Below the pieces are notes generated by a model that was not told the origin of the DNA, did not search any database, and was given only the letters and a program-made list of their open reading frames with translations. The position numbers and the translations under genes are program-made. From contig OZ024741.1 in assembly GCA_964016885.1 (NCBI GenBank), positions 246,884,001 through 246,948,000 on the forward strand: a stretch of 64,000 bases of DNA, read 5' to 3'. Numbering within the stretch: the stretch's first letter is position 1; every line of letters begins with the position of its first letter. Positions 11,201 to 23,400 of this stretch are shown piece after piece. The stretch comes from Eledone cirrhosa. Its lineage: Eukaryota.

Positions 11201-14200
11201 ATCTCCCCTTGATTTTTTTACAAATTATCTCCCCCTGATTTTTTTTTTACAAATTATCTCCCCCTGATTTTTTTTACAAATTATCTACCCCTGATTTTTT
11301 TTTACAAATTATCTCCCCCTGATTTTTTTTACAAATTATCTCCCCTGATTTTTTTTTACAAATTATCTCCCCCTGAATTTTTTACAAATTATCTCCCCCT
11401 GATTTTTTTACAAATTATCTCCGCCTGATTTTTTTAAATATTATCTCTCCTTGGCTGGCGGGAAATTATCTCCCCTTGGACGGCTGGAAATTATCTCCCC
11501 TTGGAAGGATGGAAATTATCTCCCCTTGGACGGCTGGAAATTATCTACCCCTGATTTTTTTTACAAATTATCTCCCCCTGATTTTTTTACAAATTATCTC
11601 CGCCTGATTTTTTTAAATGTTATCTCTCCTTGGCTGGCGGGAAATTATCTCCCCTTGGACGGCTGGAAATTATCTCCCCTTGGAAGGATGGAAATTATCT
11701 CCCCTTGGACGGCTGGAAATTATCTACCCCTGATTTTTTTTACAAATTATCTCCCCCTGATTTTTTTTACAAATTATCTCCCCCTGATTTTTTTTTACAA
11801 ATTATCTACCCCTGATTTTTTTACAAATTATCTCCCCTTGGCTGGCTGGAAATTATCTCCCCTTGGACGGCTAGAAATTACCTCTCCTTGGACGGCTGAA
11901 AATTATCTCCCCTTGGATGGCTGGAAATTATCTCCCCTTGATTTTTTTACAAATTATCTCCCCCTGATTTTTTTTTTACAAATTATCTCCCCCTGATTTT
12001 TTTTACAAATTATCTACCCCTGATTTTTTTTTACAAATTATCTCCCCTTGATTTTTTTTACAAATTATGTCCCCCTGATTTTTTTTACAAATTATCTCCC
12101 CCTGATTTTTTTTTACAAATTATCTCCCCCTGATTTTTGTTTACAAATTATCTCCGCCTGATTTTTTTAAAAAAATTATCTCCCCTTGGACGGCTGGAAA
12201 TTATCTCCCCTTGGACGGCTAGAAATTACCTCTCCTTGGACGGCTGAAAATTATCTCCCCTTGGACGGCTGGAAATTATCTCCCCTTGATTTTTTTACAA
12301 ATTATCTCCGCCTGATTTTTTTTTTACAAATTATCTCCCCCTGATTTTTTTTTACAAATTATCTCCCACTGATTTTTTTTTACAAATTATCTCCCCCTGA
12401 TTTTTTTTTACAAATTATCTCCCCCTAATTTTTTTTTACAAATTATCTCCCCCTAATTTTTTTACAAATTATCTCCCCTTGGCTGGCTGGAAATTATCTC
12501 CCCTTGGAGGCTGGAACTTATCTCCCCTTGGACGGCTAGAAATTACGTCTCCTTGGACGGCTGGAAAATATGTCTCCTTGGACGGCTGGATATTATCTCC
12601 CCTTGGACGGCTGGAAATTATCTCCCCTTGGACGGCTGGAAATTATCTCCCCTTGGATGGCTAGATATTACCTCCCCTTGGACGGCTGGAAATTATCTCC
12701 CCTTGATTTTTTTTACAAATTATCTCCCCCTGATTTTTTTTTTACAAATTATCTCCCCCTGATTTTTTTTTACAAATTATCTCCCCCTGATTTTTGTTTA
12801 CAAATTATCTCCGCCTGATTTTTTTAAAAAAATTATCTCCCCTTGGACGGCTGGAAATTATCTCCCCTTGGACGGCTAAAAATTACCTCTCCTTGGACGG
12901 CTGAAAATTATCTCCCCTTGGACGGCTGGAAATTATCTCCCCTTGATTTTTTTACAAATTATCTCCCCCTGATTTTTTTTTTACAAATTATCTCCCCCTG
13001 ATTTTTTTTTACAAATTATCTACCCCTGATTTTTTTTACAAATTATCTCCCCCTGATTTTTTTTACAAATTATCTCCCCCTGATTTTTTTTTACAAATTA
13101 TCTCCCCCTGATTTTTTTACAAATTATCTCCCCCTGATTTTTTTTACAAATTATCTCCGCCTGATTTTTTTAGATATTATCTCTCCTTGGCTGGCGGGAA
13201 ATTATCTCCCCTTGGACGGCTGGAAATTATCTCCCCTTGGAAGGATGGAAATTATCTCCCCTTGGACGGCTGAAAATTATCTACCCCTGATTTTTTTTAC
13301 AAATTATCTCCCCCTGATTTTTTTTACAAATTATCTCCCCCTGATTTTTTTTACAAATTATCTACCCCTGATTTTTTCTACAAATTATCTCCCCCTGATT
13401 TTTTTTACAAATTATCTCCCCCTGATTTTTTTTTTACAAATTATCTCCCCCTGATTTTTTACAAATTATCTCCCCCTGATTTTTTTTTTACAAATTATCT
13501 CCCCCTGATTTTTTTACAAATTATCTCCCCTTGGCTGGCTGGAAATTTTCTCCCCTTGGAGGCTGGAACTTATCTCCCCTTGGACGGCTAGAAATTACCT
13601 CTCCTTGGACGGCTGGAAAATATGTCTCCTTGGACGGCTGGATATTATCTCCCCTTGGACGGCTGGAAATTATCTCCCCTTGGACGGCTGGAAATTATCT
13701 CCCCTTGGATGGCTAGATATTACCTCCCCTTGGACGGCTGGAAATTATCTCCCCTTGATTTTTTTTACAAATTATCTCCCCCTGATTTTTTTTTACAAAT
13801 TATCTCCCCCTGATTTTTTTTTACAAATTATCTCCCCCTGATTTTTGTTTACAAATTATCTCCGCCTGATTTTTTAAAAAAAATTATCTCCCCTTGGACG
13901 GCTGGAAATTATCTCCCCTTGGACGGCTAGAAATTACCTCCTTGGACGGCTGAAAATTATCTCCCCTTGGACGGCTGGAAATTATCTCCCCTTGATTTTT
14001 TTACAAATTATCTCCCCCTGATTTTTTTTTTACAAATTATCTCCCCCTGATTTTTTTTTACAAATTATCTACCCCTGATTTTTTTTTACAAATTATCTCC
14101 CCCTGATTTTTTTTACAAATTATCTCCCCTGATTTTTTTTTACAAATTATCTCCCCCTGATTTTTTTACAAATTATCTCCCCCTGATTTTTTTTACAAAT

Positions 14201-14229
14201 TATCTCCGCCTGATATTTTTAAATATTAT

Positions 14230-17200
14230 CTCTCCTTGGCTGGCGGGAAATTATCTCCCCTTGGACGGCTGGAAATTATCTCCCCTTGGAAGGATGGAAA
14301 TTATCTCCCCTTGGACGGCTGGAAATTATCTACCCCTGATTTTTTTTACAAATTATCTCCCCCTGATTTTTTTTACAAATTATCTCCCCCTGATTTTTTT
14401 TTACAAATTATCTACATCTGATTTTTTTACAAATTATCTCCTCTTGGCTGGCTGGAAATTATCTCCCCTTGGACGGCTAGAAATTACCTCTCCTTGGACG
14501 GCTGAAAATTATCTCCCCTTGGACGGCTGGAAATTATCTCCCCTTGATTTTTTTACAAATTATCTCCCCCTGATTTTTTTTTTACAAATTATCTCCCCCT
14601 GATTTTTTTTTACAAATTATCTACCCCTGATTTTTTTTTACAAATTATCTCCCCTTGATTTTTTTTACAAATTATCTCCCCCTGATTTTTTTTTACAAAT
14701 TATCTCCCCCTGATTTTTTTTTACAAATTATCTCCCCCTGATTTTTGTTTACAAATTATCTCCGCCTGATTTTTTTAAAAAAATTATCTCCCCTTGGACG
14801 GCTGGAAATTATCTCCCCTTGGACGGCTAGAAATTACCTCTCCTTGGACGGCTGAAAATTATCTCCCCTTGGACGGCTGGAAATTATCTCCCCCTGATTT
14901 TTTTTTTACAAATTATCTCCCCCTGATTTTTTTTTACAAATTATCTACCCCTGATTTTTTTTTACAAATTATCTCCCCCTGATTTTTTTTTACGAATTAT
15001 CTCCCCCTGATTTTTTTTTACAAATTATCTCCCCCTGATTATTTTAAATGTTATCTCTCCTTGGCTGGCGGGAAATTATCTCCCCTTGGACGGCTGGAAA
15101 TTATCTCCCCTTGGAAGGATGGAAATTATCTCCTCTTGGACGGCTGAAAATTATCTACCCCTGATTTTTTTTACAAATTATGTCCCCCTGATTTTTTTAC
15201 AAATTATCTCCGCCTGATTTTTTTAAATGTTATCTCTCCTTGGCTGGCGGGAAATTATCTCCCCTTGGACGGCTGGAAATTATCTCCCCTTGGAAGGATG
15301 GAAATTATCTCCCCTTGGACGGCTGAAAATCATCTACCCCTGATTTTTTTTACAAATTATCTCCCCCTGATTTTTTTTACAAATTATCTCCCCCTGATTA
15401 TTTTTACAAATTATCTACCCCTGATTTTTTTTACAAATTATCTCCCCCTGATTTTTTTTACAAATTATCTCCCCCTGATTTTTTTTTACAAATTATCTCC
15501 CCCTGATTTTTTTTTACAAATTATCTCCCCCTGATTTTTTTACAAATTATCTCCCCCTGATTTTTTTTACAATCTCCGCCTGATTTTTTAAAAAATTATC
15601 TTCCCTTGGCTGGCGGGAAATTATCTCCCCTTGGACGGCTGGAAATTATCTCCCGTTGGAAGGATGGAAATTATCTCCCCTTGGACGGCTGGAAATTATC
15701 TCCCCTTGCACGGCTGGAAATTATAGCCCCTTGGAGGGCTGGAAATTATCTCCCCTTGATATTTTTTACAAATTATCTCCCCCTGATTTTTTTTTCAAAT
15801 TATCTCCCCCTGATTTTTTTTACAAATTATCTCCCCCCTGATTTTTTTACAAATTATCTCCCCTTGGCTGGCTGGAAATTATCTCCCCTTGGAGGCTGGA
15901 ACTTATCTCCCCTTGGACGGCTAGAAATTACCTCTCCTTGGACGGCTGGAAAATATGTCTCCTTGGACGGCTGGATATTATCTCCCCTTGGACGGCTGGA
16001 AATTATCTCCCCTTGGACGGCTGGAAATTATCTCCCCTTGAGTGGCTAAATATTACCTCCCCTTGGACGGCTGGAAATTATCTCCCCTTGATTTTTTTTA
16101 CAAATTATCTCCCCCTGATTTTTTTTTACAAATTATCTCCCCCTGATTTTTTTTTACAAATTATCTCCCCCTGATTTTTGTTTACAAATTATCTCCGCCT
16201 GATTTTTAAAAAAAAATTATCTCCCCTTGGACGGCTGGAAATTATCTCCCCTTGGACGGCTAGAAATTACCTCCTTGGACGGCTGAAAATTATCTCCCCT
16301 TGGACGGCTGGAAATTATCTCCCCTTGATTTTTTTACAAATTATCTCACCCTGATTTTTTTTTTACAAATTATCTCCCCCTGATTTTTTTTTACAAATTA
16401 TCTCCCCCTGATTTTTTTACAAATTATCTCCCCCTGATTTTTTTTACAAATTATCTCCGCCTGATTTTTTTAAATATTATCTCTCCTTGGCTGGCGGGAA
16501 ATTATCTCCCCTTGGACGGCTGGAAATTATCTCCCCTTGGAAGGATGGAAATTATCTCCCCTTGGACGGCTGGAAATTATCTACCCCTGATTTTTTTTAC
16601 AAATTATCTCCCCCTGATTTTTTTACAAATTATCTCCCCCTGATTTTTTTTACAAATTATCTCCGCCTGATTTTTTTAAATGTTATCTCTCCTTGGCTGG
16701 CGGGAAATTATCTCCCCTTGGACGGCTGGAAATTGTCTCCCCTTGGAAGGATGGAAATTATCTCCCCTTGGACGGCTGGAAATTATCTACCCCTGATTTT
16801 TTTTACAAATTATCTCCCCCTGATTTTTTTTACAAATTATCTCCCCCTGATTTTTTTTTACAAATTATCTACCCCTGATTTTTTTACAAATTATCTCCCC
16901 TTGGCTGGCTGGAAATTATCTCCCCTTGGACGGCTAGAAATTACCTGTCCTTGGACGGCTGAAAATTATCTCCCCTTGGACGGCTGGAAATTATCTCCCC
17001 TTGATTTTTTTACAAATTATCTCCCCCTGATTTTTTTTTACAAATTATCTACCCCTGATTTTTTTTTACAAATTATCTCCCCTTGATTTTTTTTACAAAT
17101 TATCTCCCCCTGATTTTTTTTTACAAATTATCTCCCCCTGATTTTTTTTTACAAATTATCTCCCCCTGATTTTTGTTTACAAATTATCTCCGCCTGATTT

Positions 17201-18480
17201 TTTAAAAAAAATTATCTCCCCTTGGACGGCTGGAAATTATCTCCCCTTGGACGGCTAGAAATTACCTCTCCTTGGACGGCTGAAAATTATCTCCCCTTGG
17301 ACGGCTGGAAATTATCTCCCCTTGATTTTTTTACAAATTATCTCCCCCTGATTTTTTTTTTACAAATTATCTCCCCCTGATTTTTTTTTACAAATTATCT
17401 ACCCCTGATTTTTTTTTACAAATTATCTCCCCCTGATTTTTTTTTACGAATTATCTCCCCCTGATTTTTTTTTACAAATTATCTCCCCCTGATTTTTTTA
17501 AATGTTATCTCTCCTTGGCTGGCGGGAAATTATCTCCCCTTGGACGGCTGGAAATTATCTCCCCTTGGAAGGATGGAAATTATCTCCCCTTGGACGGCTG
17601 AAAATTATCTACCCCTGATTTTTTTTACAAATTATCTCCCCCTGATTTTTTTACAAATTATCTCCGCCTGATTTTTTTAAATGTTATCTCTCCTTGGCTG
17701 GCGGGAAATTATCTCCCCTTGGACGGCTGGAAATTATCTCCCCTTGGAAGGATGGAAATTATCTCCCCTTGGACGGCTGAAAATTATCTACCCCTGATTT
17801 TTTTTACAAATTATCTCCCCCTGATTTTTTTTACAAATTATCTCCCCCTGATTTTTTTTAGAAATTATCTACCCCTGATTTTTTTTACAAATTATCTCCC
17901 CCTGATTTTTTTTACAAATTATCTCCCCCTGATTTTTTTTTACAAATTATCTCCCCCTGATTTTTTTTTACAAATTATCTCCCCCTGATTTTTTTACAAA
18001 TTATCTCCCCCTGATTTTTTTTACAATCTCCGCCTGATTTTTTAAAAAATTATCTTCCCTTGGCTGGCGGGAAATTATCTCCCCTTGGACGGCTGGAAAT
18101 TATCTCCCCTTGGAAGGATGGAAATTATCTCCCCTTGGACGGCTGGAAATTATCTCCCCTTGCACGGCTGGAAATTATAGCCCCTTGGAGGGCTGGAAAT
18201 TATCTCCCCTTGATATTTTTTACAAATTATCTCCCCCTGATTTTTTTTTCAAATTATCTCCCCCTGATTTTTTTTACAAATTATCTCCCCCCTGATTTTT
18301 TTACAAATTATCTCCCCTTGGCTGGCTGGAAATTATCTCCCCTTGGAGGCTGGAACTTATCTCCCCTTGGACGGCTAGAAATTACCTCTCCTTGGACGGC
18401 TGGAAAATATGTCTCCTTGGACGGCTGGATATTATCTCCCCTTGGACGGCTGGAAATTATCTCCCCTTGGATGGCTAGAT
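14230..18480 (+). repeat. Local duplication with ~2,454 bp period
   Basis: TACGAATT at 14991/17445, ACAATCTCCGCC at 15569/18023, and ORF starts 15265/17719 and 15606/18060. Confidence 0.85.
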
Positions 18481-20449
18481 ATTACCTCCCCTTGGACGGC
18501 TGGAAATTATCTCCCCTTGATTTTTTTTAAAAATTATCTCCCCTTGGACGGCTGGAAATTATCTCCCCTTGGACGGCTGGAAAATAATATCTCCTTGGAC
18601 GGCTAGAATTTACCTCTCCTTGGACGGCTGAAAATTATCTCCCCTTGGACGGCTGGAAATTATCTCCCCTTGATTTTTTTTACAAATTATCTCCCCCTGA
18701 TTTTTTTTTACAAATTATCTCCCCCTGATTTTTTTTTACAAATTATCTCCCCCTGATTTTTTTTTACAAATTATCTCCCCCTAATTTTTTTTTACAAATT
18801 ATCTCCCCCTAATTTTTTTACAAATTATCTCCCCTTGGCTGGCTGGAAATTATCTCCCCTTGGAGGCTGGAACTTATCTCCCCTTGGACGGCTAGAAATT
18901 ACGTCTCCTTGGACGGCTGGAAAATATGTCTCCTTGGACGGCTGGATATTATCTCCCCTTGGACGGCTGGAAATTATCTCCCCTTGGACGGCTGGAAATT
19001 ATCTCCCCTTGGATGGCTAGATATTACCTCCCCTTGGACGGCTGGAAATTATCTCCCCTTGATTTTTTTTACAAATTATCTCCCCCTGATTTTTTTTACA
19101 AATTATCTCCCCCTGATTTTTTTTTACAAATTATCTCCCCCTGATTTTTGTTTACAAATTATCTCCGCCTGATTTTTTTAAAAAAATTATCTCCCCTTGG
19201 ACGGCTGGAAATTATCTCCCCTTGGACGGCTAGAAATTACCTCTCCTTGGACGGCTGAAAATTATCTCCCCTTGGACGGCTGGAAATTATCTCCCCTTGA
19301 TTTTTTTACAAATTATCTCCCCCTGATTTTTTTTTACAAATTATCTCCCCCTGATTTTTTTTTACAAATTATCTACCCCTGATTTTTTTTTACAAATTAT
19401 CTCCCCCTGATTTTTTTTACAAATTATCTCCCCCTGATTTTTTTTTACAAATTATCTCCCCCTGATTTTTTTACAAATTATCTCCCCCTGATTTTTTTTA
19501 CAAATTATCTCCGCCTGATTTTTTTAAATATTATCTCTCCTTGGCTGGCGGGAAATTATCTCCCCTTGGACGGCTGGAAATTATCTCCCCTTGGAAGGAT
19601 GGAAATTATCTCCCCTTGGACGGCTGGAAATTATCTACCCCTGATTTTTTTTACAAATTATCTCCCCCTGATTTTTTTACAAATTATCTCCCCCTGATTT
19701 TTTTTACAAATTATCTCCGCCTGATTTTTTTAAATGTTATCTCTCCTTGGCTGGCGGGAAATTATCTCCCCTTGGAGGCTGGAACTTATCTCCCCTTGGA
19801 CGGCTAGAAATTACCTCTCCTTGGACGGCTGGAAAATATGTCTCCTTGGACGGCTGGATATTATCTCCCCTTGGACGGCTGGAAATTATCTCCCCTTGGA
19901 CGGCTGGAAATTATCTCCCCTTGGATGGCTAGATATTACCTCCCCTTTGACGGCTGGAAATTATCTCCCCTTGATTTTTTTTACAAATTATCTCCCCCTG
20001 ATTTTTTTTTACAAATTATCTCCCCCTGATTTTTTTTTACAAATTATCTCCCCCTGATTTTTGTTTACAAATTATCTCCGCCTGATTTTTTTAAAAAAAT
20101 TATCTCCCCTTGGACGGCTGGAAATTATCTCCCCTTGGACGGCTAGAAATTACCTCTCCTTGGACGGCTGAAAATTATCTCCCCTTGGACGGCTGGAAAT
20201 TATCTCCCCTTGATTTTTTTACAAATTATCTACCCCTGATTTTTTTTTTACAAATTATCTCCCCCTGATTTTTTTTTACAAATTATCTACCCCTGATTTT
20301 TTTTACAAATTATCTCCCCCTGATTTTTTTTACAAATTATCTCCCCCTGATTTTTTTTTACAAATTATCTCCCCCTGATTTTTTTACAAATTATCTCCCC
20401 CTGATTTTTTTTACAAATTATCTCCGCCTGATTTTTTTAAATATTATCT

Positions 20450-23400
20450 CTCCTTGGCTGGCGGGAAATTATCTCCCCTTGGACGGCTGGAAATTATCTC
20501 CCCTTGGAAGGATGGAAATTATCTCCCCTTGGACGGCTGGAAATTATCTACCCCTGATTTTTTTTACAAATTATCTCCCCCTGATTTTTTTACAAATTAT
20601 CTCCCCCTGATTTTTTTTAGAAATTATCTCCGCCTGATTTTTTTAAATGTTATCTCTCCTTGGCTGGCGGGAAATTATCTCCCCTTGGACGGCTGGAAAT
20701 TATCTCCCCTTGGAAGGATGGAAATTATCTCCCCTTGGACGGCTGAAAATTATCTACCCCTGATTTTTTTTACAAATTATCTCCCCCTGATTTTTTTTAC
20801 AAATTATCTACCCCTGATTTTTTCTACAAATTATCTCCCCCTGATTTTTTTTACAAATTATCTCCCCCTGATTTTTTTTTTACAAATTATCTCCCCCTGA
20901 TTTTTTTACAAATTATCTCCCCCTGATTTTTTTTACAAATTATCTCCCCCTGATTTTTTTACAAATTATCTCCCCTTGGCTGGCTGGAAATTATCTCCCC
21001 TTGGAGGCTGGAACTTATCTCCCCTTGGACGGCTAGAAATTACCTCTCCTTGGACGGCTGGAAAATATGTCTCCTTGGACGGCTGGATATTATCTCCCCT
21101 TGGACGGCTGGAAATTATCTCCCCTTGGACGGCTGGAAATTATCTCACCTTGGATGGCTAGATATTACCTCACCTTGGACGGCTGGAAATTATCTCCCCT
21201 TGATTTTTTTTACAAATTATCTCCCCCTGATTTTTTTTTACAAATTATCTCCCCCTGATTTTTTTTTACAAATTATCTCCCCCTGATTTTTGTTTACAAA
21301 TTATCTCCGCCTGATTTTTTTAAAAAAATTATCTCCCCTTGGACGGCTGGAAATTATCTCCCCTTGGACGGCTAGAAATTACCTCCTTGGACGGCTGAAA
21401 ATTATCTCCCCTTGGACGGCTGGAAATTATCTCCCCTTGATTTTTTTACAAATTATCTCCCCCTGATTTTTTTTTTACAAATTATCTCCCCCTGATTTTT
21501 TTTACAAATTATCTACCCCTGATTTTTTTTTACAAATTATCTCCCCCTGATTTTTTTTACAAATTATCTCCCCTGATTTTTTTTTACAAATTATCTCCTC
21601 CTGATTTTTTTACAAATTATCTCCCCCTGATTTTTTTTACAAATTATCTCCGCCTGATTTTTTTAAATATTATCTCTCCTTGGCTGGCGGGAAATTATCT
21701 CCCCTTGGACGGCTGGAAATTATCTCCCCTTGGAAGGATGGAAATTATCTCCCCTTGGACGGCTGGAAATTATCTACCCCTGATTTTTTTTACAAATTAT
21801 CTCCCCCTGATTTTTTTACAAATTATCTCCCCCTGATTTTTTTTACAAATTATCTCCGCCTGATTTTTTTAAATGTTATCTCTCCTTGGCTGGCGGGAAA
21901 TTATCTCCCCTTGGACGGCTGGAAATTATCTCCCCTTGGAAGGATGGAAATTATCTCCCCTTGGACGGCTGGAAATTATGTACCCCTGATTTTTTTTACA
22001 AATTATCTCCCCCTGATTTTTTTTACAAATTATCTCCCCCTGATTTTTTTTTACAAATTATCTACCCCTGATTTTTTTACAAATTATCTCCCCTTGGCTG
22101 GCTGGAAATTATCTCCCCTTGGACGGCTAGAAATTACCTCTCCTTGGACGGCTGAAAATTATCTCCCCTTGGACGGCTGGAAATTATCTCCCCTTGATTT
22201 TTTTACAAATTATCTCCCCCTGATTTTTTTTTACAAATTATCACCCCCTGATTTTTTTTTACAAATTATCTACCCCTGATTTTTTTTTACAAATTATCTC
22301 CCCTTGATTTTTTTTACAAATTATCTCCCCCTGATTTTTTTTACAAATTATCTCCCCCTGATTTTTTTTTACAAATTATCTCCCCCTAATTTTTGTTTAC
22401 AAATTATCTCCGCCTGATTTTTTTAAAAAAATTATCTCCCCTTGGACGGCTGGAAATTATCTCCCCTTGGACGGCTAGAAATTACCTCTCCTTGGACGGC
22501 TGAAAATTATCTCCCCTTGGACGGCTGGAAATTATCTCCCCTTGATTTTTTTACAAATTATCTCCGCCTGATTTTTTTTTTACAAATTATCTCCCCCTGA
22601 TTTTTTTTTACAAATTATCTCCCCCTGATTTTTTTTTACAAATTATCTCCCCCTGATTTTTTTTTACAAATTATCTCCCCCTAATTTTTTTTTACAAATT
22701 ATCTCCCCCTAATTTTTTTACAAATTATCTCCCCTTGGCTGGCTGGAAATTATCTCCCCTTGGAGGCTGGAACTTATCTCCCCTTGGACGGCTAGAAATT
22801 ACGTCTCCTTGGACGGCTGGAAAATATGTCTCCTTGGACGGCTGGATATTATCTCCCCTTGGACGGCTGGAAATTATCTCCCCTTGGACGGCTGGAAATT
22901 ATCTCCCCTTGGATGGCTAGATATTACCTCCCCTTGGACGGCTGGAAATTATCTCCCCTTGATTTTTTTTACAAATTATCTCCCCCTGATTTTTTTTTAC
23001 AAATTATCTCCCCCTGATTTTTTTTACAAATTATCTCCCCCTGATTTTTGTTTACAAATTATCTCCGCCTGATTTTTTTAAAAAAATTATCTCCCCTTGG
23101 ACGGCTGGAAATTATCTCCCCTTGGACGGCTAGAAATTACCTCTCCTTGGACGGCTGAAAATTATCTCCCCTTGGACGGCTGGAAATTATCTCCCCTTGA
23201 TTTTTTTACAAATTATCTCCCCCTGATTTTTTTTTACAAATTATCTCCCCCTGATTTTTTTTTACAAATTATCTACCCCTGATTTTTTTTTACAAATTAT
23301 CTCCCCCTGATTTTTTTTACAAATTATCTCCCCCTGATTTTTTTTTACAAATTATCTCCCCCTGATTTTTTTACAAATTATCTCCCTCTGATTTTTTTTA

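Larger units (their letters stand above)
3980..13260 (+). repeat. ~9.3 kb segment duplicated at ~28930-40200
   Basis: Constant offset of 24,949 for ORF starts 4988-8821 (29937-33770) and 26,936 for 10198-12479 (37134-39415). Shared rare variants CTCCCGTTGGAGG, TTATATCCTCC, TTGGATGGCTGG, ATTATGTCCCC and CTCCCACTGA. Confidence 0.88.
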
